Positions 27,176 to 37,440 are shown, counted from the first letter of the stretch. The stretch is DNA of 64,000 nucleotides from an uncultured bacterium (GCA_963705505.1 CAVPJU010000003.1:160001-224000), one strand, 5' to 3'. Translations and numbers: made by a program. Notes: generated by a model from the letters alone, not told the origin.

Positions 27176-28030
27176 CTAAGGTGCGCCGTCATATCCTGAG
27201 AGCCGGGCGATCTGTTCGAGGGGCATTGTACCCTCATAATACTTTCCGTTAATCTCCCACGTCGGATAATTCTCTATCCCTTTGGCGAAACAAAGCGAAG
27301 GATTCGCGTTTGGCCCCTTGGGATGGCATTCGACATAAGTTACGTATTTAAAAGCATCTCCGAAGAGTTTTTTCTGTAAACTACAGTGCGGGCATTTGAA
27401 CGAGCCGTACATCACGGCACCGTGCTCACTCAAATACCTTGCAAGACCCAGCTGATACTGATTTGCAGGTTCCGAACTGCCGGACAGGAGGTCTCGCGTT
27501 TCGCCGAACTTTTCAGCCTGCACCATTGCGGCGCCCAGGACGACAGCCGCGGCAACGGCCAGGCTCAGCATCAAAGTAATAGCCGGGGACAATTTCGGGT
27601 TATACTCGGATTTGGCCGCAAGAAGAGCTATAAAAATTATGGTCATCAATACGGCGGAGAAGATGCAGTACATGCACATAGCTTTTATAACGAACAATTC
27701 GAGGTATGTGAGGTATGCCGAGAATATGAATCCGGCCAGGGCAAATATATATAGCAATAGCCACTTCGTGCGTTTCGCGACGGATATTACGGTCAGAATG
27801 AAGATAACCGAGTAGCCGACAACGCCGATTGCGGCAACGGGAATGCCCAGGACCGTGGAGAAAGCGCTCTGCCTGACAGTATCGCAATCGGAGCCCGACG
27901 CACAAAATGCAGCCTGTGTCTGTGTAAAATATAGAAAGGCAAGGTACAGGGAAAGAAGGACACCTATCGCCGAGAGCGTCAAAACTACTGGTTTTAAGTA
28001 ATTGCCTTTTGTTTTTTTACCCGAACTCAT
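27176..28030 (-). CDS. VKOR-thioredoxin fusion disulfide-bond formation protein
   Basis: VKOR cysteines (FCASGSDC; CMYC) plus C-terminal Trx-like CPHC and YPTW. Confidence 0.92.
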   Translation of the reverse strand: MSSGKKTKGNYLKPVVLTLSAIGVLLSLYLAFLYFTQTQAAFCASGSDCDTVRQSAFSTVLGIPVAAIGVVGYSVIFILTVISVAKRTKWLLLYIFALAGFIFSAYLTYLELFVIKAMCMYCIFSAVLMTIIFIALLAAKSEYNPKLSPAITLMLSLAVAAAVVLGAAMVQAEKFGETRDLLSGSSEPANQYQLGLARYLSEHGAVMYGSFKCPHCSLQKKLFGDAFKYVTYVECHPKGPNANPSLCFAKGIENYPTWEINGKYYEGTMPLEQIARLSGYDGAP

Positions 28031-28129
28031 AATAAAACCGGAAATTCCTCCTAAATTATAACCAGCGGGCCGAAATTTTCACCCTAAAAAAACCGGACGA
28101 CCGAGCGATCTAAAATGATACCCCGAGGG

Positions 28130-30286
28130 TCAGTTCTCGTAAAATTTATTTCCGCCGACCGCAACGTTTTTAAGAACCGGAGGAGGCGTATAACGTGTGC
28201 CGTACCTCACGCTCAGGTTATGAAGCTTCTTTAATACTTCACCGGCGCCGATCGAATCCACATACCTGAACGGACCCCCTTTGTGTGTCGGAAAGCCGAG
28301 ACCGAGAAGCGCGCCCACATCCCCTTCCTTCGCGCTCCCTATGACCTCGTCCTGAAGGCAGAGCATCGCTTCATTCACCATCGCGAGTACGAGCCGGTCC
28401 TGAATGTATTCCTGTGAGACGCTTTCAGAATCCTCTTCTTCGAGCGCCAGCAACTTGCCGAGCGACCTGTCCAATCTTTTTTCATCTCTCCCGTATCTGT
28501 AAAACCCCCGGCCGCTCCTCAACCCTGTCCTCCCGTCCTCTATCATACGGTCGAGTATGGAGAGCGGCTTCATCCTCTCCGCCGACTGCTTGTATGTGAC
28601 CTGAGAGCCCTTCTGAACAAGATCAATCCCTATTTCGTCCATCGCGCCGAGCGGCCCTTCGGGGAATCCGAACTGCATCATCGCGTCCTCAATACCCTGA
28701 GCGCCGATCCCCTCGCTCAGAAGATGAAGGGCCTCGTTAAAATAAGCGAGCTGTATGCGGGTCGTATAAAACCCCGCTTTATTTTTGACTACGAGCGGGA
28801 TCTTCCCGATGCTCTTCCCGAACTCGACCACTTCGGCGACCGTTTCCTGAGAGGTGCTCTCGGCGACGGCGATCTCGATGAGCTCAGTCTCGTGAACGGG
28901 ACCGGGGATACGCATCCCCACAACCCTTTCCGGCCGCTTGGAGCCGCCCGCAATGAGCGCAACGGGGAGGGCGAACGAATTTGAGACGTATATGAAATCA
29001 CCCCCCGGAAGCGACTCGACCTCTTTAAGTATCCTGCGCTTGGCGTCGAGGTCCTCCCCGGAGGTCTCTATAATAATTGCCGCCCTTCTGAAGCCTGAAT
29101 AATCGGAGGCGGCGCTAATGAGGTCGAGCTTCTTTTCGGCCCCGAGCTCGTCCGTCTCGCGGCTTCCGAGCTTTTCCATAAAGAAATCAAAACACGCTTT
29201 CAGGTTTTTCGCCGCGCCGTTAACGTCAGTCCCCTTTATCCTCACGCGGATGCCGTTCTCGGCCGCGAGGCACGCGATCCCCGCGCCGTGATCCTCCTCA
29301 CCCACTACGGCTATTTTCTCGGCCTTCTTTCTGCCTTTATGACCCGGCTTCGTATACCTGACGTCGTTCTTCACCTCGTCTATGGCGATGCCCGATCTGA
29401 TTAACTGCCTGGAATATCCCGTCACCGCGAGCTCGCCGAAATAAACCGATTCCACGTGGAGTCCCCTGTTGAAGCTTGCCACACCTATCTCCAGCGCCTC
29501 AATCGCCATTCTCGAAGCCGTAACGTAAAGCTCGCGGCTCTCCCTTATCTCCTTTTTCGCTTTGTCGAAAAACATTTTCCTCGATACGGGATTTTCTTTG
29601 ATTAAGGCATTGGCCATCCCGCCGAAACTAAGACGCCTGCGCTTGAATTCCTTGTTGGATAATTCGAGAGCGCGCTTCTTCGCTATTTCAAGGAGGAACT
29701 CCTCGGGGACGACCTCATCGAGGAGCCCTATTTGCATTGAATAATCGGGGCCGAGCGTTTCGCCCGCGAGTATCATATCCAGGGTCTGTTTCGTGCCTAT
29801 GACCCTCGCAAGCCGGAGCATCCCTCCGGCGCACGGGATGAGGCCGAAATCTATCTGGTTGAGGCCGAGCACAGTATGCCGGCTACTGGAGGCGACCCTG
29901 TACTTGCAGGCAATGGCGAACTCCAGTCCTATTCCGAGGCACGCTCCCCCTACCGCGGCCACAAAAGGCGCCCTCGAATTCTCTATCTTTTCCGATATTT
30001 CCTGCGCCTTGAGGCTATAAGACCTGCCTTCGTCAGCGAGTGTGAAATTAAGGAACTCCCCCGCGTCCGCTCCGCTGATGAAGCTCCCCTCTTTTGCACT
30101 CGCGATGACGACCGCCTTTATCTCGTCACTGCTCTCCAGCATGTCGAGTTCCCTGTCAACCTTGTTGAGAAACTCCTCAAGGGATAAGAAGCTCTCCTGA
30201 GTGAGCCTGTTCTCCGCGCTGCCGGGAGTATTTATACTCAGCACCGCGACGCCCGTGTCATCAATTGTGTATGAAATGCCGCTCAT
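28130..30286 (-). CDS. fadJ: FadJ/TFE-alpha-like protein (crotonase + 3-hydroxyacyl-CoA dehydrogenase folds), catalytically degenerate
   Basis: Colinear with FadJ over 718 aa (SAKEGSFISGAD, KAGFY, GGPFRYVD) but key motifs are altered; see findings. Confidence 0.85.
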   Translation of the reverse strand: MSGISYTIDDTGVAVLSINTPGSAENRLTQESFLSLEEFLNKVDRELDMLESSDEIKAVVIASAKEGSFISGADAGEFLNFTLADEGRSYSLKAQEISEKIENSRAPFVAAVGGACLGIGLEFAIACKYRVASSSRHTVLGLNQIDFGLIPCAGGMLRLARVIGTKQTLDMILAGETLGPDYSMQIGLLDEVVPEEFLLEIAKKRALELSNKEFKRRRLSFGGMANALIKENPVSRKMFFDKAKKEIRESRELYVTASRMAIEALEIGVASFNRGLHVESVYFGELAVTGYSRQLIRSGIAIDEVKNDVRYTKPGHKGRKKAEKIAVVGEEDHGAGIACLAAENGIRVRIKGTDVNGAAKNLKACFDFFMEKLGSRETDELGAEKKLDLISAASDYSGFRRAAIIIETSGEDLDAKRRILKEVESLPGGDFIYVSNSFALPVALIAGGSKRPERVVGMRIPGPVHETELIEIAVAESTSQETVAEVVEFGKSIGKIPLVVKNKAGFYTTRIQLAYFNEALHLLSEGIGAQGIEDAMMQFGFPEGPLGAMDEIGIDLVQKGSQVTYKQSAERMKPLSILDRMIEDGRTGLRSGRGFYRYGRDEKRLDRSLGKLLALEEEDSESVSQEYIQDRLVLAMVNEAMLCLQDEVIGSAKEGDVGALLGLGFPTHKGGPFRYVDSIGAGEVLKKLHNLSVRYGTRYTPPPVLKNVAVGGNKFYEN

Positions 30287-30307
30287 ATGTTTTTTAAGGT
30301 TCAGATA

Positions 30308-31606
30308 CTATTCCTTCTCGAGTATTATCGAAGCTCCGAGACCCCCCGCGGAAGGAAGGCTCACGAGTCCGAAGTTCCCCCTCCTCTTAGACATCCTGTA
30401 GGCGAGAGTCATAATAATCCTTGCTCCTGTGGCGCCTAACGGATGCCCGATTGCGATCGAGCCCCCGGAGACGTTGAGCTTATCCATGTCTACCTCGCCC
30501 ACCGCCTGGCTCCTGCCGAGCTTCTCCTTGGCAAAGCCCTTGGAACCGAGCGCCCTGACGTTGGATATTACCTGAGAGGAAAAAGCCTCGTGTATCTCTA
30601 TGAGGTCAATTTCGCTCAAGGGTATGCCGGCGCGGTCGAGAACGATCGGCGTCGAATACGCGGGGCCCATCAGAAGCTCCTCCGAAGGGTCTATCGCCGC
30701 ATAGGCGTACGCCCTGACGTATGCGATGGGCTTATAGCCCAGCGCTCTGGCTTTATCTTCGGACATAAGCAGTATTACCGAAGCCCCGTCCGAAAGGGGC
30801 GCCGAGTTCCCCTCCGTCACAGTACCGAACTCCTTGTCGAAAACCGGGGGGAGCTCGGTGAGTGCTTCGATGCTTACGTCATACCTCACGCCGTTATCGC
30901 CGGAAACGATATCGGTAAAATCGGGCGGTACGAAAGTATGAATTATTTCATCCTCGAATATTCCCTCAGCCTGAGCTCTCGAGGCAAGCGTGTGGCTCCT
31001 TAACGCAAAGGAGTCCTGCTCATCCCTGCTGATTTTATTTTTGCGGGCGAGCTTCTCCGCCGACTCGCCCAGTGTACGCCCCGCGGAACGCTCCGGCAGA
31101 TGCGCCAGCGAGAAAGACATTTCGACAGCGCCCATTTTTAAAAGGGGCCTGGCCCTCTCGATTAAATTCATACCCTTCGAGGATTCAAAGAGCTTTGACC
31201 TCCCGCCGCTGCCGAAGAGATAGGACAAATCGTGTATCGATTCTACTCCGCCTGTTAAAACGACGCCGGAATCTCCCGCCAATATGCTGTCTACCGCAGT
31301 CGTGAAAGCCTGGGTCGCGGATGCGCATGCGCTCGTCACGGTGAAAGCCGGCACAGCGGGAGGGACGCCCGAGCCGAGCGCTATTTCCCTTGCCAGGTTC
31401 GGGGTTCTCACGGACGGTGTCACGCTGCCGAAAATCACCCGCTCTATTTCCTTGGGCGCGATCTCGGTCCTGTTGAGCAGCTCGACTGTCGCCATCTTCC
31501 CCAGGTCGAGGGAAGTGAGATTTTTAAAAAGTGTCCCGCATTTTGCAAAAGGGGTCCTGAGACCGTGGACTACCGCGACTCGTCTTCCGTTACTGATTTG
31601 ACTCAC
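30308..31606 (-). CDS. fadI: FadI/TFE-beta-like thiolase lacking the C-terminal catalytic Cys
   Basis: GLRTPF, NLARE, SACAS, HEAF, GHPLGATG; the CxxGG position reads LPSAGG. Confidence 0.88.
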   Translation of the reverse strand: MSQISNGRRVAVVHGLRTPFAKCGTLFKNLTSLDLGKMATVELLNRTEIAPKEIERVIFGSVTPSVRTPNLAREIALGSGVPPAVPAFTVTSACASATQAFTTAVDSILAGDSGVVLTGGVESIHDLSYLFGSGGRSKLFESSKGMNLIERARPLLKMGAVEMSFSLAHLPERSAGRTLGESAEKLARKNKISRDEQDSFALRSHTLASRAQAEGIFEDEIIHTFVPPDFTDIVSGDNGVRYDVSIEALTELPPVFDKEFGTVTEGNSAPLSDGASVILLMSEDKARALGYKPIAYVRAYAYAAIDPSEELLMGPAYSTPIVLDRAGIPLSEIDLIEIHEAFSSQVISNVRALGSKGFAKEKLGRSQAVGEVDMDKLNVSGGSIAIGHPLGATGARIIMTLAYRMSKRRGNFGLVSLPSAGGLGASIILEKE

Positions 31607-31780
31607 TGCCGGCTCCGAAAGAATAATTCATATCTATTTTATCCGTGACTTCCCGGTTAAGGAAGCAAATTAAGACGTGCGAACCTAAATACGGGGAATC
31701 CGGTATCACCCGGCGACCCCTTTATAAAAAGATCTGAAATCCGCCGGCGGACCGTTAATCAATCTCACCCGTGAATCCGA

Positions 31781-32239
31781 TTATGAACCATGGACTTCAT
31801 TTTTAACCTTCATTTTGAGCTCGATGAATTTTGAATGGTCGATATTGAGCATCCTGTAAAGTTTTTGGGCTACGTAGTTTTCGAATTCACCCAGGGTCCC
31901 GTCCGAGTATATGACCTCCCAGACAGATTCCATTAACTCGTACTTTTCTTCGTTAGACAGGTTTTGATTTATGAGATTAGTAAAATACCACATGTCGGCC
32001 TCATTCTGCCTCGCCCTCTTCGATTCGTCGATAAGCTCTTTTACGGCTTCGTCCGTCATCCCGAACCTCGATTTCAATATTTCGATGACCTTTTTTTGCT
32101 CCGTGTCCGAAAACGTATCGTCGGCGGTAGCGGCTTCGAGCAAAATAACGCACGTAGCCGTCCTCAATCTGGCCTCACTGTCCTGCCCTCTCTTGTCTTT
32201 ATCAGAGCCTTCAAAAAACCTTTTAAATATACTAAGCAT
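31781..32239 (-). CDS. TerB-family protein
   Basis: LLEAATADD...E and VWEVIYSDG...FE patterns. Confidence 0.8.
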   Translation of the reverse strand: MLSIFKRFFEGSDKDKRGQDSEARLRTATCVILLEAATADDTFSDTEQKKVIEILKSRFGMTDEAVKELIDESKRARQNEADMWYFTNLINQNLSNEEKYELMESVWEVIYSDGTLGEFENYVAQKLYRMLNIDHSKFIELKMKVKNEVHGS

Positions 32240-32493
32240 GGTCTATACCTTCTTCGCTCCCGCAAGAATTACGAGCTCTTGAAATCAGCCCTTTAATTTA
32301 ACCTAGCTGCGCCGAATTTCCACCTTTTAAAATTCGAAGTCCTCCGCCGAGCAGGGGCAATGTCCCCATTCGAGGCGCGCTGCGCCGTCAAAGAAATCGA
32401 ATGCCGAAAGGAGAATACCCCCGGAGACAGATTTATCTTGCGAAGAGGTTCAAACCATGTAACATTATCGGAGCGAATTTGGAGCAAGAAGAT

Positions 32494-32967
32494 ATGCCGT
32501 TTCCAGAATCCCTTAAAGAAAGAATCAATGCTATCGTCTCCGGGGCCGAAACAAAACAATCCGCGCTCATACCGGTACTCAGGGAAGTTCAGAACGAATT
32601 CGGATACCTCTCGAACGAATCGATGGAAGAGGCGGCGGAGATACTGGGGATCCCCCCTTCCAGCGTCCAGAACGTGGCCACGTTCTATACGATGTTCTTC
32701 AGAAAACCCGTGGGAGAGCATGTGATCTGGCTATGCCGCACACTCTCGTGCGCTCTCAGGGGAGCGGAGCATGTCGAGCATTATATGTGCGATCGTCTCG
32801 GGGTAAAGACCGGGGAGACGACGCCCGACGGAAAAATCACTTTAATGGAGGCCGAATGTCTCGCTTCATGCGGCACGGCGCCGGTGATGCTGATCGATGA
32901 GAAACTCGAAGAGAACCTGACCAAGGAGAAAGTTGACAGGCTGATAGAGGAGCTGAGAAAAGGCTGA
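32494..32967 (+). CDS. nuoE: NADH-quinone oxidoreductase subunit E-like 2Fe-2S protein
   Basis: VATFYTMF, CRTLSC, ECLASCGTAP; start MPFPES. Confidence 0.92.
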   Translation: MPFPESLKERINAIVSGAETKQSALIPVLREVQNEFGYLSNESMEEAAEILGIPPSSVQNVATFYTMFFRKPVGEHVIWLCRTLSCALRGAEHVEHYMCDRLGVKTGETTPDGKITLMEAECLASCGTAPVMLIDEKLEENLTKEKVDRLIEELRKG

Positions 32968-33021
32968 ATTCGATTAAGAGGCGCCGGATCAGGAAAATCT
33001 GCATTCCCGGAATTAAATAAT

Positions 33022-34356
33022 ATGGATTTCAAGAAAGCGCGGGAAAATGCCCTTAAGATATTCCGGGAAGCGGTAGACGCCGCCAACCCCAAAAAATGCG
33101 TGCTCGACCACATGAGCCGGAAAGGCGATGTCCTTACCGTCGACGGCAGGAAATATAACCTTAAAGATTTCGGAGCTGTTTACGCCGTAGCATTCGGAAA
33201 AGCCGCAACGTCGATGGCCGACGCCGTCGAGGAAGTTCTGGGGGAAAGGCTCACGGGGGGTATCGTCGTATCCAACTCCCGGCCGCAGAACCCCTACAAA
33301 AGGCTCGGGTTCTATCTGTCGAGCCATCCCGTACCGGATGACAGGAGCCTTACCGCCGCCAAAGAAGTCGTCTCCATACTGGAGAAGGCGGGGGAAAAGG
33401 ACCTTGTGATATTCCTCATATCCGGCGGCGGAAGCGCCCTACTGGCATTGCCTTCGCCCGGGATATCGCTCGATGACAAGAGAAAGGCTACGGAAACGCT
33501 TCTACGGTCGGGTGTGGACAAATACGGGCTCAACGCCGTAAGAAAGCACATCTCCCAGATAAAAGGAGGGGGACTGCTGAAAAAAGCGCTTCCGGCAAGG
33601 GTTATCACACTCATTCTCTCAAATGTCGTGAGCGATAAGCTCGACGCTATCGCATCGGGCCCGACTGTGCCCGACCCCACCACGTTCGAGGATGCCTGGC
33701 GCGTGATAGAGGCCCTCGACCTGGAGCATAAACTCCCCCCTCAGGTCGTGGTTCATCTCGAGGAGGGGAGGAGCGGGAACTCTCCCGAAACACTCAAGGA
33801 AGGCGAATACGACCCGAAAAACGTTCAGACCCTGATCGTCGGGAACAACTTCAAATCCCTCATAGCAGCCGAGAAAAAGGCGGAGGAGCTCGGATACAAC
33901 ACGCTCATGCTCTCCTCACAGATAAGCGGCGAGGCGAGGGAAGTCGCAAAAGTGGTATCCGCGATAGCGTTCGATGTGGAGAGATTCGATATACCGGTGA
34001 AAAAACCGTCCTGCATAATCTTCGGAGGGGAGACCACGGTCACGCTCCAGAGCACCCTCGGGGCAGGGAAAGGGGGAAGGAGCACGGAAACCGCGCTTTC
34101 TTTCTGCATGGAGATCATCGGACACGACATCGTGGGCCTCTTCTGCGATACGGACGGCATAGACGGGCCTATCGACGCTGCCGGAGCGGTCTGCGACGGC
34201 CAGAGCAGGCTTCAGGCAAGGACCATAAACGTGAGCGCGAGGGAGCATCTGGCACAGAACAACTCCTACGATTTCTTCGACAAGCTGGGCGACCTCATCA
34301 TAACAGGACCAACCGGCACGAACGTAATGGACATAGGTATCGTCCTCATCGAATAG
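33022..34356 (+). CDS. Glycerate 2-kinase (MOFRL/TtuD family)
   Basis: GKAA, HPVPD, ISGGGSAL, IASGPT, GGETTV, TDGIDG, TGTNVMD. Confidence 0.93.
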   Translation: MDFKKARENALKIFREAVDAANPKKCVLDHMSRKGDVLTVDGRKYNLKDFGAVYAVAFGKAATSMADAVEEVLGERLTGGIVVSNSRPQNPYKRLGFYLSSHPVPDDRSLTAAKEVVSILEKAGEKDLVIFLISGGGSALLALPSPGISLDDKRKATETLLRSGVDKYGLNAVRKHISQIKGGGLLKKALPARVITLILSNVVSDKLDAIASGPTVPDPTTFEDAWRVIEALDLEHKLPPQVVVHLEEGRSGNSPETLKEGEYDPKNVQTLIVGNNFKSLIAAEKKAEELGYNTLMLSSQISGEAREVAKVVSAIAFDVERFDIPVKKPSCIIFGGETTVTLQSTLGAGKGGRSTETALSFCMEIIGHDIVGLFCDTDGIDGPIDAAGAVCDGQSRLQARTINVSAREHLAQNNSYDFFDKLGDLIITGPTGTNVMDIGIVLIE

Positions 34357-34379
34357 CCTGTCCCGATACAGGTGAATTA

Positions 34380-35099
34380 TTGAAATACGCGATAATCTCT
34401 GACATCCACGCAAACCTCGAGGCTTTCCTCTCGGTCCTCACCGCAATAGACGCCGCTGATACGGACAGGATTATTTGTTTGGGCGATATAGTAGGGTACG
34501 GGGCGGACCCGAACGAGTGCGTCGAGATTATAAGGACCCGCGGCATCACTTCACTGATAGGCAACCACGATGCGGCCGCATGCGGGCTTTACGAGCCTTT
34601 CGATTTTAACCCGGCCGCAAGCGAAGCCGTTTTGTGGACGAGGGAAAAACTGACTCGGGAGAACCGGGAATTCCTCACGGGCCTGCCGGAGAAGGAGATT
34701 ATAGACGGTTTTATGATAGTCCACGGCGCGGTCTCGGACCCTGATAAATACATACTGTCCTCCTACGACGCGGCCCCCGAATTCGAACTCCTCGAAAATA
34801 AGCGCCTTTGCTTTTTCGGCCACACTCATCTAAGCGTATCCTATTCCCTCGATAGAGGCCGGATAACCGAATCGAGAGCGGAGGGGTTTCAATTGCGCGA
34901 GGGCGCGAAGTACCTCGTTAACCCGGGCAGCGTCGGGCAGCCGCGCGACAGGGACCCGAGGGCGTCTTTCCTGATATACGACGATCGAGGGAAGGCCGAG
35001 TTCAGGAGAGTAGAGTACTTCATAGAAGGCGCGCAAAAAAAGATATTGAAGAGCGGGCTCAATAAATTCCTCGCCGAGAGACTGTCTTTCGGATATTAA
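34380..35099 (+). CDS. Calcineurin-like metallophosphoesterase
   Basis: DIHAN, GDIVGYG, GNHD, GHTH, NPGSVGQPRD. Confidence 0.93.
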   Translation: MKYAIISDIHANLEAFLSVLTAIDAADTDRIICLGDIVGYGADPNECVEIIRTRGITSLIGNHDAAACGLYEPFDFNPAASEAVLWTREKLTRENREFLTGLPEKEIIDGFMIVHGAVSDPDKYILSSYDAAPEFELLENKRLCFFGHTHLSVSYSLDRGRITESRAEGFQLREGAKYLVNPGSVGQPRDRDPRASFLIYDDRGKAEFRRVEYFIEGAQKKILKSGLNKFLAERLSFGY

Positions 35100-35184
35100 A
35101 ATTAATCCGTAAGCCGCCCTTATGATTTCTTTTTGAACCCTCCGTGTTGAAAACACCGGAACAAGTGATTTAATATAGATAGTC

Positions 35185-36543
35185 ATGGAGATGCTCACCC
35201 GTACACTTCCGCAGAATTTAGAAGCGGAGCAGGCAGTGCTTGGCGCCATTCTCATAGAAAGCTCGGTCATAAATCAGGTCATGGAAATACTGATAGCCGA
35301 AGACTTCTACAAAGAGGCGCACAGGAAGATTTATAACGCGATGATCGATCTCGACCGGGATAACAAGCCCATAGACCTGCTTACGCTCTTCGATTACCTC
35401 AAGGGAAGCGGGAACCTGCTTGAGGAGGTAGGCGAGAGCAGCTACCTCACGTACCTCACCGAAATAGTGCCCGCGACTGAGAACGTCAGCTATTACGCGA
35501 AACTGGTCAAGGAAAAATCGATAATAAGAAACCTCGTGATGGCCGCGAGCGACATCGCTCACAGGGGTAATGAAGGGGTGTCGGATATCGACGAGTTCAT
35601 AGACAGGGCCGAGCACGCGATCCTCGACATAGCGCAGAATAAAATCAAGCCCAGCTTTTACGACTCGAGGGACCTCGCCGCCAAAGCCCTCGATATCATC
35701 GAGACGCTCCACGCAAGGAAGGAGCTTGTGACCGGAATACCGACGGGGTTTGAAAAGCTCGACTACATGACCTCGGGGCTCCAGCAGGCAGACCTCGTCA
35801 TTGTAGCCGCAAGACCGGGTCTGGGGAAGACCTCCCTCTGCCTGAACATTGCCGCACACGCGGCGATCGATTGCAACATGGCGGTAGGCATATTCTCCCT
35901 CGAAATGACTAAAGAGCAGCTCATGCTCAGGATGCTTTCGATGAAAGCCCTCGTCAGCTATTCGAATATAAGGAGCGGCTACATCAAGGACGAAGACCTC
36001 GAAAAGCTCGTAAGGGCGGCAGAGGAATACAGCCGGGCCAAAGTTTATATAGACGATACGCCCGCTATAAGCGTGCTCGAGATACGCGCCAAAGCCAGGA
36101 GGCAGAAGAGGGAAAAGGGTCTCGACTTAATCATCGTCGACTACCTCCAGCTCATGCGCGGTACGAGGAGGACCGAGACGAGGGAGCGTGAGATAGCCGA
36201 GATATCGGGCTCTCTCAAGGCACTCGCAAAAGAGCTGAGCTTGCCTGTAATAGCGGTATCCCAGCTTAGCAGACAGACGGAGGCGAGATCCGACAGGCGG
36301 CCCCAGCTAGCCGACCTCAGGGAGAGCGGCGCGATAGAGCAGGACGCCGACCTCGTGCTGTTCATACACAGGGCTGACGCCTACAGGAAAACCCCCGAGG
36401 AGAAGGACGGGATCGCGGAGCTGATTATAGGCAAGCAGAGAAACGGTCCCACGGGAACAGTAAAGCTCACGTTCCTCGACAGCTCGAGGGGCGTCCCCAC
36501 ATTTAAAGACCTTTCAGACGAATATGTAGACGATTTCGAATGA
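35185..36543 (+). CDS. dnaB: Replicative DNA helicase
   Basis: AARPGLGKT, VDYLQL, SQLSR, DLRESGAIEQDAD, KQRNGP. Confidence 0.99.
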   Translation: MEMLTRTLPQNLEAEQAVLGAILIESSVINQVMEILIAEDFYKEAHRKIYNAMIDLDRDNKPIDLLTLFDYLKGSGNLLEEVGESSYLTYLTEIVPATENVSYYAKLVKEKSIIRNLVMAASDIAHRGNEGVSDIDEFIDRAEHAILDIAQNKIKPSFYDSRDLAAKALDIIETLHARKELVTGIPTGFEKLDYMTSGLQQADLVIVAARPGLGKTSLCLNIAAHAAIDCNMAVGIFSLEMTKEQLMLRMLSMKALVSYSNIRSGYIKDEDLEKLVRAAEEYSRAKVYIDDTPAISVLEIRAKARRQKREKGLDLIIVDYLQLMRGTRRTETREREIAEISGSLKALAKELSLPVIAVSQLSRQTEARSDRRPQLADLRESGAIEQDADLVLFIHRADAYRKTPEEKDGIAELIIGKQRNGPTGTVKLTFLDSSRGVPTFKDLSDEYVDDFE

Positions 36544-36603
36544 TTGATAATAGGGATACCGCGGGATAAAAAGAGACTCGCGGGAACCTTTCTGATGAAT
36601 CCC

Positions 36604-37263
36604 TCAGACCATCATCGGGATTACCACGGCCTTGGATTTTACTTCCTTATGAAACAGCTCCTCGTCTTCCTGCCATGCGCGGAACCTGTCGAATATCTCT
36701 TTGAGCCTGTCACTGACGGAGGTCCAGTAGAAGTCCCAGGCGTAGTCCTTCTTCCTGCCCCTGAAAAACATGTTGAAGAATATCTCCCTCTCGACCGGCA
36801 AACCCTTCTCGGCGACCCATCCGGTGCGGACGCTGCCGTACCCAGCCCCGAACCCCATGGCAAAAGTGCCGTGAAGTCCCAGCCTCTCCGAAGCCTTCGT
36901 CGCGAGCTCGATGAATACATAGAGCGCCTCGGACGTAGAGTATCCGCGCTCTTCCAATTTTTCTTCCATGGTAAGCAGGTTGTCTATAAAGTACATCGGA
37001 TAAAACGTCGGGGCGTAAACGGAAACCGACTTGGTGGGACTTACGAGAGGCGCCCTGATTATGACGTCCTCTTTAATTACCCCGATCATGAAGTCCTTCT
37101 TGTCGAACCCCCCTATATCCCCGCATCCTCCGAGCGATTGCCTGACCTTTTCCCATTCCCTCTCCGCGATCACGAGCGCCCTCTCGAGCCTCTTCTCGCC
37201 TTCTTCGTATTCCCTGTCTTTCAGCAGCTCTTCCAAATCCATATTGTCCTCTCTTATGCCCAT
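36604..37263 (-). CDS. Hypothetical protein (about 219 aa)
   Basis: 3' part of the 490-aa track ORF; the 5' part is antisense to the SDR gene, so the start is placed at MGIREDN. Confidence 0.65.
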   Translation of the reverse strand: MGIREDNMDLEELLKDREYEEGEKRLERALVIAEREWEKVRQSLGGCGDIGGFDKKDFMIGVIKEDVIIRAPLVSPTKSVSVYAPTFYPMYFIDNLLTMEEKLEERGYSTSEALYVFIELATKASERLGLHGTFAMGFGAGYGSVRTGWVAEKGLPVEREIFFNMFFRGRKKDYAWDFYWTSVSDRLKEIFDRFRAWQEDEELFHKEVKSKAVVIPMMV

Positions 37264-37440
37264 GCTCACACGAACAGCCCGGTCGTAAAAATATACCCCG
37301 ATTAAAACGGTTCTCAATGTTTTGATACCCGAATTATAGATATCCGCCTCAAAAGACCGTATCGGAGCGCGTAAGTCCATTGTTTTTAGGCGGCGTGTGT
37401 TGTAATATGAGTTTCTCTGATGGCGCAAGGAGGCTCTCAA

